From Faecousia sp. (lineage in GTDB: Bacteria; Bacillota; Clostridia; Oscillospirales; Oscillospiraceae), in the NCBI GenBank assembly GCA_045125955.1, contig JBGVNV010000106.1, forward strand, positions 667-64,666: DNA of 64,000 nt, given 5' to 3'. The notes below the pieces were generated by a model that was not told the origin of the DNA, did no database searches, and was given only the letters and a program-made list of their open reading frames with translations. A program made the position numbers and the translations under genes. Numbering within the stretch: position 1 is the first letter of the stretch; the number at the start of each line of letters is the position of its first letter. Positions 19,980-28,216 of the stretch are shown here, piece by piece.

Positions 19980-20294
19980 CTATAACAGGAAGTACAGTGC
20001 CAGCGTCAGCACCGGGCTCAGGCCGCCCTCGTCGTCCTTGTTCATCAGCAGGAGCAGAAACACGATCATCAGGTCCGCCGTGTCGATGGAGCGGGGGAGA
20101 AGTCCCTTCAGAAAATCCAGGATGCCCGTCTGGGGCGGGCATGGGGGCGGCGGAGGTGGAACGGGCCGGGGCGGCGCCGGGGGACATTCCGGTTCTGGCT
20201 TTGGCTTCGGCGGCGGTGGGGGTCTGCGATGGTCTGCGGGGTTGCTGCGGCGGTAGGAGCCGTCGGACTGGGGGATATAGTGGTTGTACATCAT
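19980..20294 (-). CDS. proline-rich protein with a C-terminal TM segment
   Basis: PPPPPKPKPEPECPPAPPRPVPPPPPPCPP followed by a hydrophobic tail. ATGA overlap with the upstream ORF. Confidence 0.55.
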   Translation of the reverse strand: MMYNHYIPQSDGSYRRSNPADHRRPPPPPKPKPEPECPPAPPRPVPPPPPPCPPQTGILDFLKGLLPRSIDTADLMIVFLLLLMNKDDEGGLSPVLTLALYFLL

Positions 20295-20614
20295 CGTCCC
20301 TCCCGGTTCATGGCGTGGGATGCAAAGCGGGCGATGAGGCTCGCCTGCATGGCCTTCTCCAGCCGCACCAGCCGGTCATCCGGCACGAACCCCCGCAGGG
20401 CCTGGATGAGGTTCCGCTGCCGGGGCTCCAGCTGGGTGGCCTGGAGCATCTGCATCATCCCCGCCATGGCCCCGGGATCAAAGGGCATGGTGGGGGATGG
20501 CGGCGGAGGAGGGGGCGCGGCCTGCTGGTTCAGGCTCCCGGCCATGGACATGATCTGCCCCATGAGCTCGGGGTTCCCCAGAATGGAGCTGAGCTTGTCT
20601 TCAAACTCCGCCAT
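20291..20614 (-). CDS. small hypothetical protein (Pro/Met-rich centre)
   Basis: 107 aa; overlaps both neighbouring ORFs, which suggests translational coupling. Confidence 0.55.
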   Translation of the reverse strand: MAEFEDKLSSILGNPELMGQIMSMAGSLNQQAAPPPPPPSPTMPFDPGAMAGMMQMLQATQLEPRQRNLIQALRGFVPDDRLVRLEKAMQASLIARFASHAMNREGR

Positions 20615-20840
20615 GGCCGTCCCTCATCTGCTCCGAAAGCTGCTGCACCTGCCGGTCGGCCAGGAGGGGAGAGAGGGCCTCCTTCGCCCCGGCGGTGTCG
20701 CCCCGGAAGGCTTTGTCAACCGCATTCTGCAAAGCGGCCTGGTCCAGCTGCTGCAGCCGGGCCAGAAGGGCCTGGGCTTCAGGGCTCCGGAGCATCCGCT
20801 CTAAGTCGGACTTGGAAAAATCACCGTTTTTTTGAAACAT
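20601..20840 (-). CDS. small helical hypothetical protein
   Basis: 79 aa; first ORF of a three-ORF overlapping set. Confidence 0.55.
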   Translation of the reverse strand: MFQKNGDFSKSDLERMLRSPEAQALLARLQQLDQAALQNAVDKAFRGDTAGAKEALSPLLADRQVQQLSEQMRDGHGGV

Positions 20841-20907
20841 TCGATTGCCTCCTGTTCGCTGGGCTGATATAATAGCTCTATACTATTATGAAATGAGGCG
20901 CAAGCTT

Positions 20908-21414
20908 ATGAAGCGAATTCTGGTCCTTTCGGATTCCCACAGCGGAACTTCCTTTATGCACTGGTGCATCCATACGGTCAAGCCCGATGCCATCGTCCAT
21001 CTGGGCGATTACTATGATGACGGATGCCTGATCCATGAGGAGTATCCCCAGATCCCCTTCCGCCAGGTCCCCGGCAACTGTGACCGGTACCGGACCCCGC
21101 CCTATGCCCAGGACATTTCCATTGAACGGCTCTTCGATGTGGACCTGTACCTGACCCACGGCCACCGCCACGGGGTCAAGAGCACCACGGGCCTGCTGAT
21201 CCGGGATGCCCGGAAGGCCAGGGTCCAGGCGGTGCTCTACGGCCACACCCACATTGCCGATTGCCGCTATGAGGACGGTCTTTGGATCCTGAATCCCGGC
21301 TCCTGCGGCTCCTGCGGCTCCTGGGGCGGCAGTGCGGGCATCATCGAGGTGGAGGACGGCAAAATTCTGCGCTGCTTTAATTTCCGCTACGGCGATGAGG
21401 AGGAGCTGAAATGA
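20908..21414 (+). CDS. YfcE/MJ0936-family metallophosphoesterase
   Basis: ILVLSDSHSG, HLGD, GNCD, THGH and GHTH motifs. Confidence 0.85.
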   Translation: MKRILVLSDSHSGTSFMHWCIHTVKPDAIVHLGDYYDDGCLIHEEYPQIPFRQVPGNCDRYRTPPYAQDISIERLFDVDLYLTHGHRHGVKSTTGLLIRDARKARVQAVLYGHTHIADCRYEDGLWILNPGSCGSCGSWGGSAGIIEVEDGKILRCFNFRYGDEEELK

Positions 21415-22178
21415 TCCTGACCATTGAGATCGGCAACTCCACCATCACCCTTGGCGGCGTGGAGGGCAGCGACATCCGCTTCGAGTGCCGCATCAACACC
21501 GACCGGGTGAAGACCTCGGACACCTACTGCATCGACTTAAAGACCCTTTTTGAAATTTACGGCATCGATATGGCTTCCATCGAGGGCGTCATCATTGCCT
21601 CCGTGGTGCCCCAGGTGCTGAATTCCGTGCGGACCGCCATCCGAAAGCTTTTGAACACGGAGCCCTTGGTGGTGGGGCCCGGACTGAAGACGGGCCTGGA
21701 CATCCGGCTGGAAAATCCCGGCCAGATGGGCGCGGATCTGGTGGCGGCGGATGTGGCGGCCCTCAGCGAGCATAAGCCGCCGCTGATCATCATCGATATG
21801 GGCACCGCCACCACCATGGCGGTTCTGGATCCCAATGGTGCCCACCTGGGCGGCTGTGTCTGCCCCGGCGTGAAGATCAGTCTGGAAGCCCTGACGGGCA
21901 ATACCTCCCTGCTCCCCGGCATCCAGCTGGACAGTCCGAAGCAGGCCCTGGGCCGCAATACCGCCGATGCCATGCGCAGCGGTATCATGTTCGGCACCGC
22001 CTCCATGCTGGACGGCATGATCGACCGGTTCCGCGCTGAGACCGGCTGGGATTTCACCATTGTCGCCACCGGCGGACTGGCAAAGCGTATTGTGCCCCTT
22101 TGCCACAACGAGATCGTCTATGACCGGCACCTCATTATCAAGGGCCTGGCCAGGCTCTACCGGGACAATGCCCGCTGA
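21411..22178 (+). CDS. coaX: type III pantothenate kinase
   Basis: LTIEIGNSTI...IIDMGTATT...ATGGLA, an ASKHA fold. Confidence 0.9.
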   Translation: MILTIEIGNSTITLGGVEGSDIRFECRINTDRVKTSDTYCIDLKTLFEIYGIDMASIEGVIIASVVPQVLNSVRTAIRKLLNTEPLVVGPGLKTGLDIRLENPGQMGADLVAADVAALSEHKPPLIIIDMGTATTMAVLDPNGAHLGGCVCPGVKISLEALTGNTSLLPGIQLDSPKQALGRNTADAMRSGIMFGTASMLDGMIDRFRAETGWDFTIVATGGLAKRIVPLCHNEIVYDRHLIIKGLARLYRDNAR

Positions 22179-22334
22179 TCACAGGGTAAACAGGAAGAAC
22201 ATGGACACGATGACACCCATGGTGCAGGCTCCGCACAGGAGCACGTCGGCCACCTTGTTCCAGAAAAGGCTCCGGCGGCCGGTGAAGCGGAAGCTTCTCT
22301 CACAGTAAGGGCTGTTGGTGTAGATGGTTTGCAT
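22179..22334 (-). CDS. possible 51-aa tail-anchored membrane peptide (below the ORF-track cutoff)
   Basis: MQTIYTNSPYCERSFRFTGRRSLFWNKVADVLLCGACTMGVIVSMFFLFTL. AAGGAGG lies 8 nt upstream of ATG 22334. Confidence 0.35.
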   Translation of the reverse strand: MQTIYTNSPYCERSFRFTGRRSLFWNKVADVLLCGACTMGVIVSMFFLFTL

Positions 22335-22478
22335 GGGTCATACCTCCTTGTGTTTTGTGACCATATCATAACACGGACAAAGTCCAAAAAAGGGGACTTA
22401 TGATGAAATATCTGCCACTTGAAAGCGGGCGCGATCTGTGGTATGATAATCAAAGATTATGAAAGCCGGAGGTGGCTT

Positions 22479-22898
22479 ATGAAACAACTGGAACAGCTTA
22501 CGGCCAAATTCAGCGAGCTGCGGCAGAAGGCCCAGCCCTACGTGGAGAAGGCCAATCATGGATATCAGAAGGCACAGGCCGTTTGGAAAAAGGCAAAGCC
22601 CTGGGTCTGGGCCAGCCGCAAGGTTTTGCTGGCCATCCCCGTGCTCTGGCTGATGCTCTATTTTGCGCGGCTCAACTGGAACGTCCTGCCCGATCCCGTG
22701 GGTCTGAATCTGCAGACCACCGGTGAGTACGCCCAGTATATTTCCAAGGAGCTGGCGGTCTACGGCCCCATGGGCGTCACCGGCGGATGCCTCGCCATGA
22801 TGTTCCTCTCCCGCAAGACCGTGTATCCCTGGATGATCTGCATGTTCAGCATGCTCCTGCCCCTGCTGATTTTGGTCACCAATATTTTCCCCTCTTGA
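22479..22898 (+). CDS. membrane protein, unknown function
   Basis: N-terminal amphipathic helix plus 3 TM segments. GGAGG lies upstream of the internal ATG at 22479. Confidence 0.6.
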   Translation: MKQLEQLTAKFSELRQKAQPYVEKANHGYQKAQAVWKKAKPWVWASRKVLLAIPVLWLMLYFARLNWNVLPDPVGLNLQTTGEYAQYISKELAVYGPMGVTGGCLAMMFLSRKTVYPWMICMFSMLLPLLILVTNIFPS

Positions 22899-22905
22899 AC
22901 ATCAT

Positions 22906-22934
22906 CCCGGCTGCATTTGCAGCCGGGATTTTTT
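22906..22934 (+). terminator. intrinsic terminator
   Basis: cccggctgc-attt-gcagccggg followed by ATTTTTT. Confidence 0.6.
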
Positions 22935-22957
22935 GCGGGATCGGTTGCGCGATTTCC

Positions 22958-22986
22958 TTTACATTAGCTCTTACTTAGAGTATAAT
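22958..22986 (+). promoter_or_regulatory. sigma-A-type promoter for the pullulanase gene
   Basis: TTTACA, 17 nt, TATAAT. Confidence 0.5.
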
Positions 22987-23034
22987 CGATGTATCCAGGC
23001 ATTTTCTGCCGAAATTGAATAAGGAGAGAGCATT

Positions 23035-25410
23035 ATGAGAAGATTTTTGACGCGGATGCTGGCCTTTGCGCTGGCAGTGTTCTTCGCCGCAGGGCTGGTC
23101 CCCATGGCGTTTGCCGACCAGGATGTGCGCATCCGGGACACTGCCTATTCCGAGCCCCTGGGCCTGCGGGCCGCCATGTCCGGCGCGGTCAGCGACACCG
23201 CCGCATTCACCCTCACGGGCCCCGATGGCGCAATGACCATCACCGACGTCATCGCGGGTGAGAAGAACATCTACACCATCGTCACCGCCGAGCCCATCGA
23301 TGTGACCGCCGCCTACACCCTGACCTACGGCGCGGAGAGCCGGGAGGTGCGGATGCCCATCTGGTATTCCACTGCAGTTTTCGAGGACAAGTATACCTAC
23401 GAGGGCGACGATCTGGGTGCCACCTGGACCCCGGAGCAGACCACCTTCCGTGTCTGGGCTCCCACGGCTGACGCTGTTACTGTCATGCTCTACGACAACG
23501 GCGGCGAGACCGGCCTGGACATCATGCTGGGCTCCATTCCCATGACTGCCGATGTCAATGGTACCTGGGTTGCAGTGGTTGAGGGCAATCTGAACGGCAC
23601 CTACTATACCTACAGTGTTGAGGTCGATGGTGAAGTCCGGGAGGCCTGTGATCCCTACGCCCGGACCACCGGCGTCAACGGCAAGCGGGCCATGGTCCTC
23701 GATCTGGATTCGACAGACCCCGTGGGCTGGGAGAATGACAAGATCCCCCACACCTCCGGCGAGATCACCGATGCGGTCATCTACGAGCTCCATGTCCGGG
23801 ACCTGAGCTCCGATCCCAGCTCCGGCATCACCCAGTCCGGCAAGTTCCTGGGCCTGCTCCAGACCGGCACCACCAATTCTGACGGCATCCCCACGGGGCT
23901 GGACCACATCAAGAATCTGGGCATCACCCACATCCACCTGCTGCCCAGCTATGACTATGCCTCCGTGGACGAGATGAACCCCGAGGCGGGCTTCAACTGG
24001 GGCTACGATCCCGTCAACTACAATGTCCCTGAGGGCAGCTACTCCACGGACCCCTACCACGGCGAGGTCCGTGTGAAGGAGTTCAAGCAGATGGTCCAGG
24101 GGCTTCATGAGGCCGGAATCGGCGTCATTCTGGATGTGGTCTACAACCATGTCTATGACGCGGAGAGCTTCTGCTTCAACAACATCGTCCCCGGCTATTT
24201 CAGCCGCATCGACCAGGAGGGCAACTACTCCAACGGCTCCGTCTGCGGCAACGACACCGCCTCCGAGCGGTCCATGGTCCGCAAGTACATTGTCGATTCC
24301 GTCAAGTATTGGGCGGACGAGTACCATCTGGACGGCTTCCGCTTTGACCTGCTGGGCCTGATCGACGTGCAGACCGTCAACGAGGTCATCGAGGAGGTCC
24401 ACAAGACCCATCCCCACGTGATCTTCTACGCCGAGGGCTGGAACATGGGCACCCAGGTCACCAAGGAGAATGTGGTTCTGGCCACCCAGGCCAATTCCAA
24501 GGAGACGCCCGGCATGGCCTACTTCTCCGACATGATCCGCGATGCGGTCCGGGGCTCCAATTCCAACGCCAGCAAGACCGGTTACGCCGCCGGTGCGGGC
24601 GGCTTTGCCTCCAATGTGAAGGATTCCTTCCTGGGACATCCCACCTGGGCCCAGAATCCCAGCCAGGTGGTCAACTATGTTTCCTGCCACGACGGACTGA
24701 GCCTTTTCGACCGGCTGACCATGTCCACCCAGGACCGGACTCTGGAAGAGCGGGTCCGCATGAACAATCTGGCCGCCGCCATCGTTATGACGAGCCAGGG
24801 CACCCCCTTCTTCCAGGCGGGTGAAGAGATGCTCCGCTCCAAGCCCCTGCCCGAGGGCGGCTTTGACCACAATTCCTACAAATCCCCCGATTCCATCAAC
24901 TCCATCAGATGGGACACCCTGTCCGATCCCATGTACCAGGATGTGGTGGACTACTACACGGGACTTATTGCCTTCCGCCGGGAGCACTCCGCTCTGCGGA
25001 TGACCACCGCCCAGGAGGTCGCGGAGAAGATCACCCAGCTTTCCGGACTGGACTTCAATGTGCTGGGCTTCCACATCGCCAAGGATGCAAACGGCGAGCA
25101 GAATGAGCTGGTCGTGATCTTCAACCCCAACGCCGAAGCTACCACCGTCACCCTGCCGGAGGGAAGCTGGGAGATCCACATCAACGGCGAGGATGCGGGC
25201 ACCAGGGCCCTGGCCACTGCCGAGGGCACCGTGGAGGTGGCCCCCATCTCCGCCATGGTCCTGGTCCTTCCCGGTGAGGAGCCTGTCCCCACCGAGCCCG
25301 TGGTTGCAGACCCCGTCCCCAAGGGCAACGACAACCTCTGGCTCGCCTGCGCCGCCATTGGCCTGATTTGCGGTGCCGGATGCGGCGTCCTCTTAAAGCG
25401 CAAAAAGTAA
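23035..25410 (+). CDS. pulA: type I pullulanase (GH13), signal peptide and C-terminal TM anchor
   Basis: FNWGYDPVNY, VILDVVYNH, DGFRFDLLG, YAEGWN and YVSCHD, the conserved GH13/pullulanase regions. Confidence 0.9.
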   Translation: MRRFLTRMLAFALAVFFAAGLVPMAFADQDVRIRDTAYSEPLGLRAAMSGAVSDTAAFTLTGPDGAMTITDVIAGEKNIYTIVTAEPIDVTAAYTLTYGAESREVRMPIWYSTAVFEDKYTYEGDDLGATWTPEQTTFRVWAPTADAVTVMLYDNGGETGLDIMLGSIPMTADVNGTWVAVVEGNLNGTYYTYSVEVDGEVREACDPYARTTGVNGKRAMVLDLDSTDPVGWENDKIPHTSGEITDAVIYELHVRDLSSDPSSGITQSGKFLGLLQTGTTNSDGIPTGLDHIKNLGITHIHLLPSYDYASVDEMNPEAGFNWGYDPVNYNVPEGSYSTDPYHGEVRVKEFKQMVQGLHEAGIGVILDVVYNHVYDAESFCFNNIVPGYFSRIDQEGNYSNGSVCGNDTASERSMVRKYIVDSVKYWADEYHLDGFRFDLLGLIDVQTVNEVIEEVHKTHPHVIFYAEGWNMGTQVTKENVVLATQANSKETPGMAYFSDMIRDAVRGSNSNASKTGYAAGAGGFASNVKDSFLGHPTWAQNPSQVVNYVSCHDGLSLFDRLTMSTQDRTLEERVRMNNLAAAIVMTSQGTPFFQAGEEMLRSKPLPEGGFDHNSYKSPDSINSIRWDTLSDPMYQDVVDYYTGLIAFRREHSALRMTTAQEVAEKITQLSGLDFNVLGFHIAKDANGEQNELVVIFNPNAEATTVTLPEGSWEIHINGEDAGTRALATAEGTVEVAPISAMVLVLPGEEPVPTEPVVADPVPKGNDNLWLACAAIGLICGAGCGVLLKRKK

Positions 25411-25416
25411 AAAAGG

Positions 25417-25451
25417 CCCCCTGCACCAGTTGTCCCAGTTGGTGCAGGGGG
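25417..25451. terminator. bidirectional hairpin between convergent pulA and cysK
   Basis: ccccctgcacc-N13-ggtgcaggggg. Confidence 0.6.
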
Positions 25452-25457
25452 TTCGTT

Positions 25458-26387
25458 TTATTCATCAAACAGGGGCGTGGAGAAGTACCGCTCGGCGGTG
25501 TCGGGGAGGATGGTGACGACGGTCTTGCCGGGGCCAAGCTTTTTGGCCATGGCAATGGCGGCGGCCACATTGGTGCCGGAGGAGATGCCGCACATGAGAC
25601 CCTCCATCCGGGCCAGGTCACGGGCGGTCTTCAGTGCCTCGTCATCGGAGACGATGTAGATGTCGGAATAGATATCCTGGTTCAAAATGGCGGGGATCAG
25701 GCCGTCACCGATGCCCATCTGCAGATGGCTTCCAACAGTGCCGCCGGCGAGAATGGCGGCGTTTTCCGGCTCCACGGCCCAGATGGTCATGTCGGGATTC
25801 AGGGCCTTCAGGGTCTCGCCGATGCCGGTGATGGTGCCGCCGGTGCCGATGCCGGAGCAGAAGCCGTCAATGGGGCCGCCCACCTGCTCCAGGATCTCCA
25901 GGCCCGTCTGGTGGCGGTGGATCATGGGGTTTGCGGGGTTCTCAAACTGCTGGGGCACGAACACATTGGGGTCCTCTCGCTGCATCCGCAGGGCGGTCTG
26001 TAAGCACTCCTCGATGGCGTCGCCGATGTTGCCCTTGTCGTGGACCAGGACCACCTCCGCGCCGTAGTGGCGCATGAGCTTCTGCCGCTCCACACTGACG
26101 GAGTCGGGCATGATGATGCGGACCTTGTAGCCCAGGACGGCACCGATGAGGGAAAGGCCGATGCCCTGGTTGCCGGAGGTGGGCTCGACGATGATGGTGT
26201 CTTCGGTGATCTTGCCCTGGCGCACGGCCTCCATGACCATGTTGTAGGCCACGCGGGTCTTGATGGAGCCGCCGACATTCAGGCCCTCGTACTTGACCAG
26301 GACCCGTGCCGCACCCTCAGGGACCATGCGGCGAAGCTGGACCATGGGGGTATGGCCCATGGCATCGAGAATGTTGTGATAGATCAT
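25458..26387 (-). CDS. cysK: cysteine synthase family PLP enzyme (CysK-like)
   Basis: GGSIKTR (PLP lysine), TSGNQGIGL and GTGGTITG. Start at the internal ATG after AGGAGA. Confidence 0.85.
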   Translation of the reverse strand: MIYHNILDAMGHTPMVQLRRMVPEGAARVLVKYEGLNVGGSIKTRVAYNMVMEAVRQGKITEDTIIVEPTSGNQGIGLSLIGAVLGYKVRIIMPDSVSVERQKLMRHYGAEVVLVHDKGNIGDAIEECLQTALRMQREDPNVFVPQQFENPANPMIHRHQTGLEILEQVGGPIDGFCSGIGTGGTITGIGETLKALNPDMTIWAVEPENAAILAGGTVGSHLQMGIGDGLIPAILNQDIYSDIYIVSDDEALKTARDLARMEGLMCGISSGTNVAAAIAMAKKLGPGKTVVTILPDTAERYFSTPLFDE

Positions 26388-26468
26388 AGCTGATTCTCCT
26401 AAAACGAATATATGGGCTATTGTATCGCACAACGGTTGTATACGCAAGTGTAAAAATACAAAATTTGT

Positions 26469-27422
26469 TTAATTTTGCAAAAGGATGTCCTCATTTTCCA
26501 GAAGCTTCCACCGGCGCAGGGCGTTATATTCCAGATTTTCCCGGTCCATGGCGATGGCGGTGATCCGGCGGTTGGTATCTGTGACATAGCAGTAGCGGCG
26601 GTTTACGGTATCACAGCAGGAGCTGTAGCGGGTGAATTCCAGCGCGCCATCCTCGGTATAACAGCATCCTCTGGTCTGACGGACCGTATCCAGCAGGTGG
26701 AAGAACTGTTCCACGCCGCCATTTTCCGCGTGGCTCTTGGTAAAAACCGCCCGGACAAACCGGGAGGGACTGCTCAGATCCCCGGGCAGGCCCACGGCAC
26801 CCATGCCGAGGCTGTGGAGCGGCAGATCACATTCCGGATATATATGATTATGCGGCTGACGGGGGCTCAGGTGCATGAAGCTTGACAGATGGCGCATCTG
26901 CTCGCCAAAGGGCGGCGCGTTGGTCAGGACCCCCACGGGATTCTCCCAGACCCGGAGCCCGTCAGCCAACGATTCGATGGTCAGCGCACCCGTCCGGTCC
27001 GCCAGAAGCCAGTGGAGCCGCGCGGCAGGGTACTCTGCGGAAAAAGACTCCTCCGTAATGGAAAGGTTTTTCAACAGCTCCCGCGCTTCGCGCAGGTTGG
27101 CGCACTGTCCCAGGACCCAGGGGATCAGTTCGAATGCCGCCACCCGGTCCCGCCCGATGCCCCCATACCGGGCGAAGCCCTCAAAATTCAGCCCCGCCAT
27201 GCAAAGTCCATGCTCGTTCATGGCATCGTAGTAAAGGGGATACCCGCCCGCCACATGGGCCATGCCGAGGATCGCGTGGTGTCGGCCCAGCTCCCGGACA
27301 TGACGGAAGGGGAGCGGGAAATTCCGGGGCGTCAGGACCACCTCCTCGCCGTAGGAGCAGGTGTGGTCCAGGGTCCGGCCGAAATAGTGGCCGTCACCGT
27401 GAAAGGAAATGGCAGTGCACAT
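26469..27422 (-). CDS. choloylglycine hydrolase family (bile salt hydrolase-like Ntn hydrolase)
   Basis: Mature N-terminus MCTAISF with the Cys2 nucleophile. AGGAGG lies 6 nt upstream of ATG 27422. Confidence 0.85.
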   Translation of the reverse strand: MCTAISFHGDGHYFGRTLDHTCSYGEEVVLTPRNFPLPFRHVRELGRHHAILGMAHVAGGYPLYYDAMNEHGLCMAGLNFEGFARYGGIGRDRVAAFELIPWVLGQCANLREARELLKNLSITEESFSAEYPAARLHWLLADRTGALTIESLADGLRVWENPVGVLTNAPPFGEQMRHLSSFMHLSPRQPHNHIYPECDLPLHSLGMGAVGLPGDLSSPSRFVRAVFTKSHAENGGVEQFFHLLDTVRQTRGCCYTEDGALEFTRYSSCCDTVNRRYCYVTDTNRRITAIAMDRENLEYNALRRWKLLENEDILLQN

Positions 27423-27478
27423 AAAAAACCTCCTGGGCATTTTTCCATAGAATGTCCAGGAGGGGTGGCGTTATGCAG

Positions 27479-27808
27479 TCAGAGCGTATCCCGCAGGGCG
27501 TCGTAATAGCCCTCGGCAGATACAAGGGCGTATTCCGTGTGCTCATCGGGCTCATCCTCATCCATGGCGATGGTGAAGGACGCGGGCTCGATCTGGATGT
27601 CCACATACATCCGGTCCCGGCGGCCCTGGATGTCGATGCACTTGTAGTCGGGGAGCCAGTCAATGTGAAATTCCAGCTTTCTGAGCCTCAGCGATTCCAG
27701 ACGCCCCCGCATCTGCCCTGCATGCCACTGTTCCAGCAGTCCATGAAAAGGGGAGGGGGAAGCGGTCTTTAAATATGCGGCAATCTTGCCGCGCTTGGTC
27801 AGAAACAT
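27479..27808 (-). CDS. hypothetical protein
   Basis: 109-aa ORF with native codon usage and no recognisable motif. Confidence 0.5.
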   Translation of the reverse strand: MFLTKRGKIAAYLKTASPSPFHGLLEQWHAGQMRGRLESLRLRKLEFHIDWLPDYKCIDIQGRRDRMYVDIQIEPASFTIAMDEDEPDEHTEYALVSAEGYYDALRDTL

Positions 27809-27870
27809 GGAAACACCTCCTTTTTCATAGTTTAGCAGGATTTCTGGGGAAAATCAACCTGTTTTACCCC

Positions 27871-27899
27871 TTGACAACCGCCTGGAAATTCATTATAAT
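27871..27899 (+). promoter_or_regulatory. perfect-consensus sigma-A promoter driving tRNA-Pro
   Basis: TTGACA, 17 nt, TATAAT; the -10 element ends 11 nt before the tRNA 5' end. Confidence 0.7.
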
Positions 27900-27910
27900 G
27901 TATTGGCTAT

Positions 27911-27987
27911 CGGGGTGTGGCGAAGTTTGGTATCGCGCATGGTTCGGGTCCATGAGGCCGCGGGTTCGAATCCCGCCACTCCGACCA
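27911..27987 (+). tRNA. tRNA-Pro (anticodon CGG), CCA encoded
   Basis: Hand-folded cloverleaf. Acceptor CGGGGTG/CACTCCG, D stem GCGA/TCGC. Anticodon stem CATGG/CCATG with loop TTCGGGT (G37). T arm GCGGG-TTCGAAT-CCCGC, discriminator A, then CCA. Confidence 0.9.
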
Positions 27988-27990
27988 TGA

Positions 27991-28021
27991 AAAAACCGTC
28001 GACATTCGTCGACGGTTTTTT
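27991..28021 (+). terminator. intrinsic terminator after tRNA-Pro
   Basis: aaaaaccgtcgac-attc-gtcgacggttttt. Confidence 0.75.
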
Positions 28022-28200
28022 CAATGATATCCGTTCCCTGCGGAAACGGGTGATATCGCTGCCGCCATGATATCCGCTGCGCGGGTGATATACGCTGAGG
28101 CGTATGAAGGAACGGATATTATATCCCATTTCGCAGAAATATATCATGCGGCAAGGCTGTATATCATATCGCGCGAGCGATATATCATTGTTGTTACACA
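28022..28200. repeat. array of short imperfect palindromes with GATAT(C/A) cores
   Basis: At least 9 GATAT-type cores in about 180 nt. They form serial hairpins, e.g. atacgc-tgag-gcgtat, ggatat-t-atatcc and atatcgc-gcga-gcgatat. Confidence 0.6.
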
Positions 28201-28216
28201 TCAAAGGAGGTCTACC

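Noticed and set aside
22975-25179. 734-aa minus-strand ORF antisense to the pullulanase gene. Similar long antisense or alternative-frame ORFs occur at 4323..5642, 6279..7469, 16188..18035, 29494..31260, 36336..37733, 39303..40940, 40883..42358, 42520..43806 and 12233..13726.
   Set aside because: Their translations are low-complexity G/A/D/L/V/H-rich strings, typical of stop-poor antisense frames in 60% GC DNA. In each case the opposite strand encodes a protein with clear family motifs and an RBS.
28022-28200. A CRISPR array or cat-type translational attenuator upstream of the acetyltransferase.
   Set aside because: The repeats are short (6-12 nt cores), irregularly spaced and lack unique spacers of constant length, so this is not a CRISPR array. 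No leader-peptide-plus-anti-RBS hairpin covering AAAGGAGG (28204-28211) is evident, so classical cat attenuation is unsupported.
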